Shown piece by piece: positions 39,988-55,000 of a stretch of 64,000 nucleotides of DNA; the stretch's first letter is position 1; each line of letters begins with the position of its first letter. The translations under genes and the position numbers were made by a program. Source of the stretch: Gnetum montanum (lineage: Eukaryota; Plantae; Gnetophyta); the NCBI GenBank assembly GCA_015680685.1, contig MNCI01003331.1, positions 123,604-187,603 of the forward strand, given 5' to 3'. Below the pieces are notes generated by a model that saw only the letters and a program-made list of their open reading frames with translations, searched no databases and was not told the DNA's origin.

Positions 39988-41030
39988 ACATCATCACAAT
40001 CATCATCCTAGCCTTATCCCAACAAAACACTAGATCATTTTTGTAATTTTCTTCTATGAAGAGCTAGATCTTTGATTATTTATAATTTTTTCATATCATC
40101 TTCAATTTTTTTTCTCATATCGTTTTTGGTCTTCCTTTCAATAAATTTCTTGCAATAGTAATGTAGCAATCTTTTTTTTATAAGATAATCATTTGATCCT
40201 TTTTGCATAAACCCAACCCATCAAAGTTGCTATTATTATAACTTATTTGAAATAGAATTCATGATAAGTCCTCTTGTAATGTATGTGTTATGTATTTTAT
40301 TTCTTCTGGTAATATTCAGCATCCATCTAAGCATTCTCATTTCTGCTACACTAATTTTTTATTTATACCTCTTTTGTATTGCCCAATATTCAAACACCAT
40401 ATAAGATAGTAAACTTGATTACTATCTTGTAAAATTTTTTCTTTAGTTTTATTGGTATTCTTTTATCACCATTTTGACTATCCTCCCTCAATTCTATTTC
40501 TTATACTTTTATCAATTTCACTATCTAATTGAAGCACTAATCCTAGGTAATGGAAGTATTTTTAATGAGGGATGTTTAGACCTTGAATTGTCATTTTTAT
40601 TTCATCATTTATATGCTATTATTGAAATTTCATTTCATATATTCTATCTTACTTATGCTAATTTTTAAGCATTTTGATTCTAGAGCATGCCTTCAATTCT
40701 CTATTTTAGAAGCAATATTCTTTAGGGTTGTATCCACCAACAAAATATCATTTACAAATAGTATATACCAAGGGATATTGTCTTGTATTTTGTTTGCTAT
40801 TTATCCATAATAATGACAAATAAGTACAAATAAATTGTAGACACTTCATGTAGACCTACTATGATTAGAAAATTAGATGTTATTGTAATTTTAGTGGTAG
40901 CTTCTCCATATATATATTAAATCACTTTAATATATTTATCAAGAATATTTTTTTCCATATAAAGTCCACTAAATAACATCTCTAGGTACTCTTTCATATG
41001 CTTTTTCCAAGTTGATAAATATCATATGTA
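39988..41030 (-). mobile_element. RTE-clade LINE, 5'-truncated and decayed
   Basis: LEKAYERVPR and VAEMRMLRWM. 3' end TGGGATAAGGCT followed by a (GAT)n-like tail. Confidence 0.88.
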
Positions 41031-41039
41031 GATTGTCTC

Positions 41040-44000
41040 TATGTCTATGTTGGGTTTGTGGAGGAAGAGGCCATGTGGCCTCCAAATGTCTTAGCAATGG
41101 TAGGTTGCAATGAAGAGATATGACTGATATGGAAATAAAAAAGACCAACTTTTACACTAGTTGTGATGATGGTGAGCAAAGTGAAGAAGAAGTAGATGAA
41201 TCCACAAATGATTCCCAACTCATATGCATGACACTCACAAATGAAAATTCATTACAGGTTATTGATGAACCAAGAGATAAGAATGATGAAAGGCATAGTG
41301 AATTATTAGGATAAATTATCATTCTATATTATCTACTTAAAAAAGTAAAGAGATACACGAATAGAAAATTTTATGCAATTCACATCAAATAAAAAGGATA
41401 AATCTTAGACATAATGGCTAAGACTCAACAACTAACCCTTCTAGATGAAGAATGTAGAGGTTTTCAAGGAGACGTTCATGAAAAATGACCTAGGAATGAA
41501 GATTTTGAAAAAGTCTCATAGGAGGATACAAGCTCCAGCTTAAGCATAATTAGGTTTGATAAACCCATTCATGAGAAGAACATTTTATAAGTGTGTAAAA
41601 ACTGTGGTAGTAAACAAAACTTTGATTATCCTCATAGCATTGATGCTTGGCCCTACCAAAAAATTCATAGTAAGATTATTTTGCAAAAGGTAGTAACTTG
41701 GAATGAAAATGAACTAAAATTTGGAAGAATCCTCAAAAGAATGGATGATATAGAAGATGATCATAAATTCTCTTATCATGAAGAACATGAACAAGTAGGG
41801 TCATCATACAAAAGAGTTGATGAAAGAAAGTTGAAGGGTAAGGAGGTACTTCATGATAGGGAATCTCATCTCAAACTTCATTATTCTTTTCTATCTTAAA
41901 TGTAACGTAAGTTATGGTAAGTTTCTATTTTCTTACTTATTAGTTAAAGTTTTTGATCTATCATTGAATAGTTCATAAATTATCTTTTGTGAATATATTA
42001 TCATGATGTGATGGTTGAATGGAAGCTTGTGCTAATTTTAATGTTTTTATCAAAAAATTATCTTCTAGATTCTTAACTAGAATGTATTGGTTTCAAGTGT
42101 TTTAAAACCCTTGCATGTAATTCATGAACCAAAATATTTTTGTTGAACTTTCATTATATTTCTTGTACTATGGTATTGTTGCTTCCCTTTGAAATCATAA
42201 AGTCCAATTTCTTTTGGAATATTTTTGATGCATGATAATTGAAGCATTTGAATTAGTACCTTTAATGTAATTCATGTACCTTTAATGATAATTGAAGCAT
42301 ATGAATTATTTTCTATCTTTATCATAATATAATACAAATGAAAGGCCTTTGTTTTAAAAGTCTCCATAATTGATCTTAGAATTTCTATGCAACATGAAGA
42401 TCCTAAAAGGCTTAAGAGGAGAATACCAATCTCTCTACAATAGATGTATTATGACCAAACAAACTAGAAAGAACTATAAGCATATATGTAGGGGGATCAT
42501 GTACCTCATTTATAGTTATCATCTAAAGGTCACCTATGTAGGGAGAGTCTTTTGAGACTCTTACCAAAAGATACTCAAGCAACAAAACTTTCCACTCCAA
42601 CATCCTCAACTAACAATGAGCAAGAAGAGGGCTATTCATTTTAGAGTATGGAAAAGTATCCAAGGTAAAAGTATGAGTAATTTTGGTCAAGATATCTTTT
42701 GGATATTTCATCATGTGATGTATTTCTTGGTGACGGTATTTAAAATTTACATGGCTATATAAAAATTTCTTTATGGACATCTTGTTAAGGATATGCTTAG
42801 TTTTTCTTGAGAGATTTAGCATGAGAAGTTGTATTACTTTGCTCTTTTTATCTGGGTGTGCATGTATATACTCTCCTTGTCATAGAATTTATACACTGTA
42901 TCATTTTGTTGATGTTTCAAAAGAAGAAAAATATTAGATGATTATAGAATCATGAGATATTAGTTATTTGCTACTTATGACTTATTGGTCTAGAGATATG
43001 TTAATTGCTCTTCAAGTGTCGAAATTTAGACATCAGCCTTTAGTTTTAAATTCTCTTGAACATAAACTAAAAGGCTTAAATTAGTTATGGATATTTAACT
43101 AAGAGGGAAACCCTTAAATGGAATTTGATTTTGCAACCTTATGAAATAGTGTGCTCATAAATGTTTATATCTTTATGGTAGTATTGTACACTATGAACAT
43201 ATCTTCTTAGAGTACTTAAGCCCTCAACTACTAAATGAACTACATCAAGAAGTACTCACCTTTTCATCATGAAAGTTTCTTATGACATTCTAAAAATGAT
43301 TGGATGGTATCTTATATATTTTAAAAATATAACAATCTTAGAATTTGCGTTATCTCTTAACCTAAAATACTTTATAAATTCCTTATATATGTATTTACTT
43401 GTTCTTATCTTATACAATGCCATGTCTAACCTCTTGTATAACACTACTTGGATAAAAATTATACATCTTTTGGTCTATCTTGTTGCTCTACTCCACTCAT
43501 TTTTTATGATGTCCAAAAAGGGAAAGAATTTAGCTAGATTGGTATTATATGACTGTAGTTATGATGATTGTAATTATAATTTGATATGATCAAAATTAAC
43601 TTAAATGATGTGTTGGATATATTTAAAATAGTGTCATGAGAAATACTGAAGTTATATGTCTAAATGATTTCTAGATACTACTAACCCATTTTCTTAAGTT
43701 TTGGAAATCACCAAAAAGGGGAATATTGTTGACCTTTTGGTATTTCAAAACCTTAAGGAATATGAAGAAAAAAGAATGTTTGTTGTAGATGTTGTATTTA
43801 TAGGATAAGAACAAGAAGTCTACATCATGGATAAGGACTCAAGGAAGCATGGATATCAAAATAAATGACTTCATAGGCAAATATGAGGGCATGAACAAAT
43901 ATTTACAAGATAAATGAAGATGCTCCAGGGATTGAGAGGAAGTTAAATCAACAAGATAAAGACTCAAGAACCAAAGCTCAATAGTTAAGAAGATGTCTCC

Positions 44001-44810
44001 AAGGAATAGAAGACATCTTGGCCAAGAGGGAGTTAATCATAGAAAGACATCTCCCAAAAATAGGAGACATCTCCTTTGGAAAGAAGATATCTCCCCAAAG
44101 ACATCCCATTCTGAAAGGAGGCATCTCTCTAGAGTTGAGGCTGAATACAGAAAGACATCCCAATCTTGAAGGAGACGTCTATACTAGTTGTTAGATAGTC
44201 ATTCCACAAATTTCAAGATGTTTTCAAAAACTCTGATGATATAAGAAGACTTCAAATTATTGAGTATTATTCAAGGATTATGAACATCAAATCTATCATT
44301 GTCTATATTATATTGTTATACTTGCATACTTGAATTCTTACATCATTTGTTAAATTTTTTGTGGAACTATGCTTCATTGTACAAGAAATTTGTAAATTGA
44401 GTTACACTATCTCCTTATGGTTCTTTTTCTTATCTTGCTACCCTAAGGAGTTGATTTTCTTCTTACAAGAAGGCATCCTTTTAGAGCTTGTTGGGATCTT
44501 ATGGGATTGAGCTATTTTACTATGTCAAAACACTCTAGAGTAGAGCTCTATTTTGTATAGGTTGTGGGATCTTTTAAATCATTCTTGAGCTTATTGGGAC
44601 CTTGTAGGGTTGAGAGTTGTCACAACAATGAATCTCTCCTTAGCAACACTCAAACTTTGTAAAGTTTATGATGTCCTCTAAACCACATTTTAGAAGAAAC
44701 AAAGTTTAGAGGTGTGCAAGAAATCTACCCAAATTGGGGAACCATGTAATTCTTGTGTTTTGTGTAACATGGGTTGCTTGCTATTTGGGGAACTTATTTA
44801 TCCCTCCCTC
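41040..44810 (+). mobile_element. Decayed SIRE-like copia derivative: gag C-terminus, long non-coding region, repeated PPT-like tracts, 3' LTR (43727-~44810)
   Basis: Knuckle CWVCGGRGHVASKC (~41047). GATGT..AAAAG-type tracts at ~42911 and ~43510. CACCAAAAAGGGGAATAT|TGTTG at 43727. No pol recognised. Confidence 0.7.
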
Positions 44811-44994
44811 GCTCTCCTCCCCTAAGCCCCCAGCACCCACCCACCCCAACCTACAACATCGCCCCAGCACCANNNNNNNNNNNNNNNNNNNNNNNNNNNN
44901 NNNNNNNNNNNNNNNNNNNNNNNNNNNNNNNNNNNNNNNNNNNNNNNNNNNNNNNNNNNNNNNNNNNNNNNNNNNNNNNNNNNNNNNNNNNNNG

Positions 44995-46200
44995 TACCCT
45001 CCTTGACTTATTGCTTGAGGAAAAAATATTTAATGATATTATATTTGTATTTACTATGAAGTACATGCTTTTTGATAGCATAATTGCTACTTTGTTGTTA
45101 CATTGTAAATCAATTTGAATCTTCAGTGCAAAGTTAAGCTTCTCAAATATCTTCTTTAATCAAAGTACATGTTGTACATTATATACTATGGAAATAATTT
45201 TAGCTTCAGTTTTTGGGAGACTAACAAAAATTTACTTCTTTAACTTCTAGTATATAGGATTAGGACCATGATATATGATTGCTCATTAAGTATAACTCTA
45301 GCCTGTTTAGCGTCCAAATATGCATAAGAAATTTCATCTCCATTGGAGAAATTTAATCCTTAATTTATAATCAACTTTGCATACCTTAACATATGTAATG
45401 ATGCTTTAAAATGTGACTTTCTTGGCTTTCTCATGAACCTAAATATGGAAGATGTAGTAAACACTAGGTTAAGTCTTGTTTAACATAAAAGTTTGAGTTA
45501 TCTAATAATTCTTCTATAATTTGATGCATTAATAAATAGTGTGTCATTTCTTAAGGTTAATTTCATGTTTGGGTGAAGTGGAACATTTATTATTTTTACA
45601 TCACATATCCCATACTAATCAACTAGTGATTCTACAAATTTTTTTGATGAATTCTAAGAAATCATTCAACTTTATTGACTTATATTTTAAGAAAACATTA
45701 GAGCAAACTCATGTCTTTTATCTCAAATTCAGTTTTCATATTAGTTTTAACTCTTTAATCAGAATATCATTGGTTGTAATGAAAAATAGATCATGTACAT
45801 AAAGTGAAATCATTATAAAATTTGTACCATTATGCTTATGATATAGTATATGCTCAAATAGGCATAGCGTACCTTTTTTAGTTTATAAATCTTATTTTCT
45901 TATTCTTCCTAAATGAAGCTAAAGAGTTAATAAACATACATGTTCTCTTCTAAATTTTCATTTAGAAATGTTGTATTTAAATCCATTTGATATAATTTAA
46001 GATATTTATGGATTACTAGAAACATCATCAATTTGATAGTTTCAAATCTTACTATTAGTGTAAATATATTCTTATAATTGATATGCTTATATTTGTTAAA
46101 ACCTATTGCAAATAGTGTTATCTTGTAGTTAGAAATTAGTAATATTAATATCCAATTCAAGAAACTTTCAAGTAGAAAGAAAAGAAGAAACAATCATTAA
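44995..46200 (-). mobile_element. Highly decayed copia RT-RNase H fragment
   Basis: YQMDLNTTFLNENLEENMYV and FEIKD. Purine tract AAGGAGGG next to the N gap. Confidence 0.75.
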
Positions 46201-46633
46201 TCATTTAGTCTCTTCTTCCAAAAAAGTTAAAGATGTACTTTATTCATTTTATGAATTGGTGGATGGATGTATTATTATTTGATCCTAATTCATCATTATT
46301 TTTATTATTTTATTCATTTTTACATTGGAAATTACTCTTCAATGTCCCCTAGAATGATCATAATTACTTTTATATAAATTCTAAGTTCATACTATGATGT
46401 AATGCTTAGTTTCTCAACTATAAAGATTGATTGTGAATTTTTCAAGCTCTTTTTGTTCTCCTAACACTTTATCTTCCTTAAGTTTATGTTCTCAAGTCAT
46501 ATTCAAACATAATTGTTACCAAGTTTATTAAAACATCAATTTTCTCATCTCCATCAAGTTATTAACATTATCTTCATTCATGAATTTTATCAACATTCTC
46601 AAGATTAGTAAGTTTGTTTACCACTTCTATGCA

Positions 46634-49600
46634 TGTAACACCTTAATGTTTTGAACCTACGATCTCTAGTTTGTTATTTAATTTCTTATGCTTAGTTATT
46701 AAGAAAAAGATAATATCTACTATAAAATATTAATAATATATTTCATGCTACTAGTAGTTAATGGTATTGAATTCTAACATCTTTCTCATGCTTATACTTA
46801 GAGTTGTGCATCTTGAGGTGTGAACTCTTGACTCCTTGTTTACATGTATTAGCATTTTTATACATCATAGTGTATTCCTTATAAGCTTGTATGCAATGTA
46901 TCTTGATACAAGCCTTGATGTATTAGTAAGTATACATGTTTTATTATGACTCATGTTTCTTAAGATTTGGAAATAATATTTTTTTATATTTATTTTCTTA
47001 ATTATTATTTCTTACCATTTAATAATACGTAGTGCCTCTTGTAAAGGATAGGATAGTATTTTATTAATTTTTAATATATTTTATTTAATTAATATTTCTA
47101 AGTTTTTTGAGTTTGAAATTATGTAAGAATATGATTATGAGACATGTTAAATAGATATTTGGGTTTTATTTCAAATATCTTTTTATTTCCTCTTGAAAAC
47201 CATTCTTGGACATGTGACTTATTCTAGTATTCTCTTGATGACTTTAATCCATTGGTTGACCCTCAGACCTCTTTTTGGATACATGTTAGTAGATTTTTAG
47301 AAAATAGAATATTAATTCTTTATTCTTGAAATTTCTTAAACTATACCTCTTATTCCTATAAGTAATTAACAACATAGATCTCTTAGCATCAATTATGCAT
47401 CTCTCTCTTTCATGCTTATTCTTATGACTATGCTTAGTGGATTTCTTGAAGGTTTTTAGATCTAAACCTATTATTGGTTATCAAGGCATGGATCTTAATT
47501 AATATCATATATAGAGAAAATAAATATTCTTTCTTCCATGAATTCTACAAGCAACTTTTTGTTTTAAACCTACTTACCTTATTTTTAGCTCTTAGATGTC
47601 ATTATTAATCTAACCCTTCATTTATGTTGTTAATCTAACCTTGATTTTCTATTATGTATATCATATTTCATCATTTTCATGTTTTTTGCTTACATTTTCC
47701 ACACTTTTTTGTATCCTTTGCTTGTAACATCTAGTGGTAGTGGTGAATCTAGTATCTTAAAGCATCGTAACCTATGATTTTAACATATATAGGGGTCATG
47801 ATAAAAGTCACAATGAAAATCATGTACATTTTTTAGAGCAAAATGGGCATGACAGCATTTGATAGGAGCAATGAATTTAGATGACAAATGGGATCAAACA
47901 TTTTGGATGTGTATGCATGTGTTCAACATGTCAAAAAGCTTAGGAGCAATGAATAGAAAGAATTAATCATGATTTGTAATAGAGGCAACTGTTATAGTGG
48001 CTAGAACTTCATGACTAATCATCATGATGCATTTAATGTTAAAACTAATTCTAGGATGGTGGTGAGGAACTAGGACCTAACAAAACTATAGGGTTAATAC
48101 TAGCCATAATGTAATCCAATAGTTAGTTTGAACATGCATGAGGGTTTCTAACTCAATAATTATACTTGTCTTGCATTAGGGTTGCCCTAGATAGAAAACG
48201 TTATTACACCAAATAGCCCTTGATAACTAGTTAGTTTAGTATTAGTCTTATAGTTCTTCCAAATGTCTAATCCTAGAAACCTTACAGGAAAATACACAAA
48301 TAGTAAAAATCATGAATTAATGATACATTATTGTATTAATAGTAATGTTAATGATTTTAGTTAATGGATATGTTTTGAATAATGGTTTGATTAATTAGTA
48401 ATTATTGTTGGTTCTAATAGTGGATTTTGTAGCATGGATGACATCTTATAGCTTGTTCTAGATAGCACCAATGTGATTTCCTACACTATGAAGGTGTTCT
48501 AATGTTACTTACATGTGTTTTATGTAGAGATTAGTTAGGAGGCTTGAATGGAGATTCTCAGTGATCTTGTACATGTTAGATCATACTAAGGTACAAAAGC
48601 ATTAACATTTAAAAAAGCTTTGTAGACAAAGGATGTTACACCCTGAAATTAATCATAGATAAATTTATGAAATCACTTAAAGAACATATTTAAATTTCTT
48701 AGAGATTCATATATTCTCTATGAAAAACATAAAATCCAAAAATTAAATCCTTGGATAACCTTAAATTACTATGTATGATACCTTATAATCTATTAAGCAT
48801 ACTTAAACAACTATAATGAATACTTAAAAATTTATACTATATTATGCCAACTTTATAAATAAAAATCCTTATGATTTAAGTTATAAGAGATACATAATAT
48901 AACCACATGATCCATTTTATAATTTAATAACATCACTCCATAATTACAATAGTGTCTAAATCCTTTGATCATAAAGCATACATAATCACCTATGCTCCTA
49001 TAGCATGCTTCAATCTAGCAACTACATCAACACTTAGAACTCCATTCAAGCCTCCTAACTAAAACATCTATATGAAACACATGTAGAAAGGGTTAGAACA
49101 CCTTCACTATAGAAGAAACCACCTTGATGCCACTTGGAATAAAGCCAATAGATGGAAGGCCATTTTGTAAAGCATACTATTAGAACTAAGAGAAACTACA
49201 ATTAACTTAATTATTAATCAAGTTCAATAATATTACCTTGAATGAATAAATTATAATATTAAATTTTTCATTAATGAATTGGTTATTACATTAACTAGGA
49301 TTTGTATACAATGATATTTCATAAGTTACCTCATCAAATGTTAGAATAATGGTAAGGTTGATACTAACTTAACTAGCCCACATGTAAGATAAGAACAATT
49401 ATTGACTTATAAAACCTGATGCATGTATAGAATAACTATTGGATTATGTTATGGAAGATCTTAGATTCTGACTATCACCTAAGGTTTCTTGATGTCAGCT
49501 ACATGTCACTAGGTTCATAGAATCCTCTAAATTAATTCTACCATAACAAGGACAAGCAAGGTAGCACACCATTAGGTTGAAAAAAATTTCTAAATAAATT

Positions 49601-51365
49601 ATACCATGACCAAAACCTATATGTTTTTTGTATTCGTTACTTATTCTACAATTCATATTAATTAATCAACTCTAAAGGTTATATTTCCTAGCTTTTCAAC
49701 ATTATGAACATACCCATAAATGTCTTGAATATCAGCTAGCCATCATCTTTGAAGAACTCCATCAATGTTTGATTCCATATGTGTGTTGTTGCTCCAAAAA
49801 ATGTGCTCAAAATATATCATGAATTTTTTTGGAACCTCTACATCCATCACAACCTAGGTCATGATGCACCTAGTAATTGCCACTATTGTTGCCATTAGAA
49901 GGAGAAGATGCATGTCAAAGAAGAAGTTGAAAATCAAAGTAGAAAATTATAAAAATCATTAATTACTAATAGATTTAGTTAAATAAGGGTTAGATCAACA
50001 AAATGTTAACAATGCAAATCATTAGAAAATAAAAGTACATATAAGAAGGTAAGTTACTCATTAGAATTGATGAAATCAAGAATATTTTCTCTACCTTAAC
50101 AGATCAGTTGAGATCCAAGCTTTTCCAAGAAAGAATAAGTTCAAATATAGAAACCATTCAAAATATTTATCATACATAGTTGTAATCAAGTGAATGAAAG
50201 ATAGTGCAAAGCATAATTGATGCTAAGGAGGTTATCATTACCAAGTAGTTATAGTGATAAGAGGTAGTTTTGGGTATTTCTACAAATGAAAAATTAATTA
50301 TATATTTTCTAAAATTAGGTAACATGTATCCATAAAAGACTTTAGTAGTCAACTAATGAGTCAAGTCACCAAGTTAACATGAGAATAAGCTCACATGTCC
50401 AAAAATGGATTTCAATATAAAATAAAAGAATAACTAGAACAAACCTCAAATATTTATTTAACATGACTAATAACCATATTTCAACTTTATTCAAAAAACC
50501 TTAGAATAAAATAATAAATAAAAACATAAATAAATACTAGCAATGGACCACCATCATCCTTCCAACCCATTCCTTTGCTAAAGACACCTAGCATTAGCAA
50601 ATACTAAAAATTAATAATCAAGAAAAGAAATAAAAAATAACAATATTTCTAAATATGCAACAAGATAAAATTCCAAGATCCTAATCTTAGGAAGCATATT
50701 CTCAAAACATAATCAAACATGAATACCTATCAAAAATTATAAGGGTCTAACCTTACCAATACGTAAAGGGTTGTTCCAAGATCCATTCTATGCAAGATTA
50801 TAAGAAAAGATACTATGAGATACCAACTATAATTGAAATATCAATGCATCAAAAATACATATAAATGAGTCAAGGGCTAAAACCTTAAGATGTAAAACCA
50901 TAAACATAAGCATAAAAGATGTTAGAATACACTAGCAAGATACAACATAACATAAACCATATTATGTAAATATACACTCTTATGCTAATGTACTTTAGCA
51001 TAAGAAATTAATTAATAATCCTAAAATAATATGTTTGAAACATGAAGGTGTTACAAAGGATCTAAGTGTTATTTTATTATAGAAGCCATGTTATGGATTT
51101 ATAACTCAACATTATGATTTACTTGCGTATCTCTTGTAATGTGTACATTAAGGTTTTGTACCTATGTTGTTGGTATATCATGATTTACTCTTTATGATTT
51201 GTTCAATTATGATTATTGGATTAGAAGATTTCATAAATAATTATTTACTTTTTTTGTATGACTCAATTTTATTATTTTTAGTTATATATATTAATTACCA
51301 AGAAATTTAATTATCTCCCTTAAGAAATTTTATAAATTTATTTATGGTTAATTTAAGATATAATA
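46634..51365. mobile_element. Tekay-like LTR (46634-48633 plus 51061-51365) interrupted by an inverted LTR of the same family
   Basis: Starts TGTAACACC. Reverse-complement matches to the insert, for example AGTTAGGAGGCTTGAATGGAG (~48533) versus CTCCATTCAAGCCTCCTAACT (~49040). Homology resumes after 51060. Confidence 0.75.
48634..51055. mobile_element. Solo LTR (2422 bp) with 5-bp TSD AAGGA
   Basis: TGTTACACC...GGTGTTACA termini. AAGGA at 48629-48633 and 51056-51060. Confidence 0.88.
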
Positions 51366-51569
51366 TTTTTAGTTTAAAATATTAATTCCTTATTTTTATT
51401 GGAGACCAAAATTCATCAAAAAAATTTCTTTATAATTCCATTAGATATTCAAGCTAAATTATTCAATTCCTCATTCTAGGTCAGCTAGCTTCCCTAGGCA
51501 TCTTTAATAATCCATCATGTATTAAAATTCAAGTTAAGAATTTGTGGATATTAAAGTTTTTTGTCTTTA

Positions 51570-51970
51570 AATGACCTAACCATAAATCATGATATTATTA
51601 ATAGATTAATCACAACTTTTGGCCTGTTAAGAATTATATCATAAGGTAATCACAACTTGTTGTCAATATTATTTATTAGCTTCTATAATTAACCATAAGT
51701 TGACCGTTACTTGTGGTTCTCATCATGACTTGTGATTTTTTTAGAAAGGTAAGGCACATACATCATGACCCGTGGAGCACTTATGGTACTCATGTGGTAT
51801 CATAAGTTCTAATTTTTCTTTGTTTTAGGTAAACCATGATTCCTAGTTCCAAGAAAATCATAATTCATGGTGGTTGTTTTTCTTTATTTCTTTTAACCAT
51901 GACTTGTGATCTAGTTGTGGTTAATAAATTACAACTTGGGTGTAATACTATAAATCATGATAAACCAAAA
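51570..51970. repeat. Array of short direct and inverted motifs, probably DNA-transposon subterminal repeats (CACTA-like)
   Basis: More than 10 variants of AACCATGACTTGTG(A/G)TT and ATCACAACTT. No terminal CACTA seen. Confidence 0.5.
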
Positions 51971-52021
51971 TTTCGTTTTTTTTTTTTTTTGCATCATTTT
52001 GCTAAGAAACTTTTTATGATT

Positions 52022-55000
52022 TGATATAGAAAATCTCATCATCCATCCTTTCCCTAGAATTAGAGCTTAGTTCACCATTAACCATTAGTTGCAACAAAGA
52101 AATAGCAAAATGTCCCATCATATTTAGTGAGAAATAGCATCTCCTTCAAATTTGAATGGACATTAACTTAAATGATCAATTAGAGGGAAGATGAAGAGAT
52201 AAGGGGAAAAAGGTATAAATAGACCTCTTGGGTCTTCAATTCAATGAAGAGAGTCAAAAGAGAGTTTAGAGAAAAAAAAAAGAGAGTGTGTAGGGAGATG
52301 AGAGAAGAGTAGAGAAATAGATAGAGTCTTGGTTTGGTGCCTTGATGATCATCCTTATGAGTGTGTGACAGTTGGATTGAAATCTCTTGTCTATCCTTGG
52401 GAATTATGTTTCCTTTCATATGTAAATTCTCCATTTGAGCAAGAATAAAGCTTTCATTTTTCTTTTCTTATTCAAATTTGCTAGGGTTTGAAGATCTTAT
52501 GCTCATTTATCTTAAGATCTAAGAAGTTCTTGTCTCATGAAAATTTCACCTTTCCTTGTAGAATTTTATGAAAATTTCCTTTTAGATGCCTCCAAAGAAG
52601 AAGATAGTTCAAGCTTTGTCAAGATACATAGATGATATTAGAAATTCTCTCAAGCTCATTGTTGAGAAAGTTGAAAAATCTTGAAGAGAACAAAAGACAT
52701 GTTAAAGAATCCAAGAAAGGGTACAAGTCATGTAATTCTTCAAGACATTTCTAAATGCCATCCCTTGAAGATGATATTCCTTTTGAAGATGAATATTTTG
52801 GAGAAGGAGAAGCTCAATATGATTTTTTTATTCATGCTCTTAGTACTAAAAATAAGTCTCAAGGTTTCATTTTTCCTAGGAAAGGAAAAAGAAACTTCCT
52901 TCTAAGCCTCAAAGGAAGTAAGGTGAAGGAATTGAAGTCACTCTTGCAATAGCTTTTAGACATGCTTCAATGATGCCTCATGTTGAAGTCAAATCCTTCA
53001 ATGGCATTGAAGGAACTAAAGATTTTCTCTCTTGGCTAAATATGATTAACAAGTACTTTGAACATGAAGATGTGGAAAATCATCATAAGGTGTCTTTTTC
53101 TAAAACCAAATTATTAGGCATAGAAAATGTATGGTGGGATAAGGAACGTCATTCTTACAAGGTGAATAATGATACTCCTATCAAGGATTGGTCTTTAATG
53201 TAGTTCATGCTTAAGAAAAATTTTGAGAAGACTCATCATAAATAAGAGACCATCCGAAAATTGTAGTACCTAAGGCAAGGTAATAATAGTACGAAGGACT
53301 ACTACATGGATTTTTCTAAGTCTTTTCAACTTGAAAAAGTTCACTAGAATGATTATGAACAAACATTTAACTTTCAAGGAGGACTTAAAAGGGAGTATCA
53401 ACCAAAGCTAACCTTCTATGAGCCCCAAACATTGGATGAGGCTTTGAATTGACTCTTAAGGCTATAAAGAAAATTCAAGGCTATACTAGAGTTCCTAATT
53501 CTTCTAAGGGCAAGACCTCCAAAGCTTTTGAAGATGAGAAAGAAGCCAAGGAGAATGGAAATGCCAAGGAAGATACCAATGAGAAGTAAGAGAAGTTTAA
53601 GGATGACCAAGATTCTAAGAAAGACTACTCCAAGTATGGAAATGGTCAAGGAAATTGTGATGCCTCCAACCTTCAATGCTTCAATTGTGGTGAAAAGGGA
53701 CATAAATAATGGAAGTGTAATAAGCCAAAGGTTTCCAAGAAAAAGGAAATCCAAATCTTAGAAAAGGAAGAATCCTCCAATAAAGGTAGATCTCTTGTGA
53801 TTGAAGATGCAATAGGAATTAATTCTTGCACGTTTATGGGAAATGTAAATGTTAATCAAGGAAATGAGAAAGAAGAGAGATCTCATGAAGCAAAGATCAA
53901 TCACAAAATGAGTTTTCAAGTATCTCTTATTGAGAAAATGAGTGCTCAATACTCCAAGGTTTCAAGAAAGGAAACCAAGGACTTCATCAAAGGGACCAAG
54001 AGATCTTTAAGGTCTAAGATGATGTTTTTTGCTAATAAAAAAGAGTTCTTACCTCATGAGTCATGGGAGGTAAAGGATCCAAGCCAAAGGAGTGGTAAGG
54101 ATCAAGGGACTTCTTCAAGAAGGGTCAAGAGCATTACTAGAAGGTATGATTCTCATTATTTTTGCAATTTTTCTATACCTTGTGGCAAGGGAAAGGAGAT
54201 TTTAAGTCAAGTTGAGACAATCTCATGGGAGATAAGGGAGTCTTCTAGGCAAGGTATGTGGAAGAATGATTACTTTGATGATGTTTTTGATGAAAATGAT
54301 GTTAAAGCCATGGAGGAGAGTTTACCTTTTGAGCTAGTATCTCCAAAATGAAATGAAGAGCTTGTTGATGATTCCTTTGAAGAGGAGAAGACATTGGAAT
54401 TGGGAACTCCTATTTGGGATCTTGAACCTTCAAGATTTGATGAGATTGGACAACCACATGTTGAAGATCGAGTTGAACCAAAATTGGATGGGAGAAGCCA
54501 TGAATAGGTAAGTATGTGTGAGCTTTGCCTTGTTAATGGTAGTAATGTCTCTCATGTTGAAGCTAGTATGATGGATGCTAGTTTTTCACTTAAGCTTGGT
54601 AGTGGTTTATTCAATTGTGATGATAAGAATCATGATCATTGTGATGGGTTTGATGAAATTTTAAATCATGTTGTAAGTGATGAGAGTAATGTGATTTTTG
54701 ATGCCATTGTTAGTGAGAGAAAAGCTAATCATGGTAACGAATTTGATTTTGTATGGGATAATGATGGCTATGGTGTTAGTCATAGTAGAAATGTCATTAT
54801 TGATGTTGGAAAAGACATTGTAAATGATATGATTTTCCAGAAATTGAAGATGTTTTCTATGCATTATGACAAGGATGAATTTGTCAAAGGTGTTGAAGAA
54901 CTTGATTGTCTTGGCTATGAAATGGATGAATAGCATGAAGATAATCTACTTTGTGATGATGATGGTGAAGGGAAGCTAAGTAGTAATCTTCCAAACACCA

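Noticed and set aside
44800-44993. C-rich, proline-rich ORF and telomere-like CCTAAG
   Set aside because: Low-complexity sequence running into an N gap at a C-rich LTR end, so it is unreliable.
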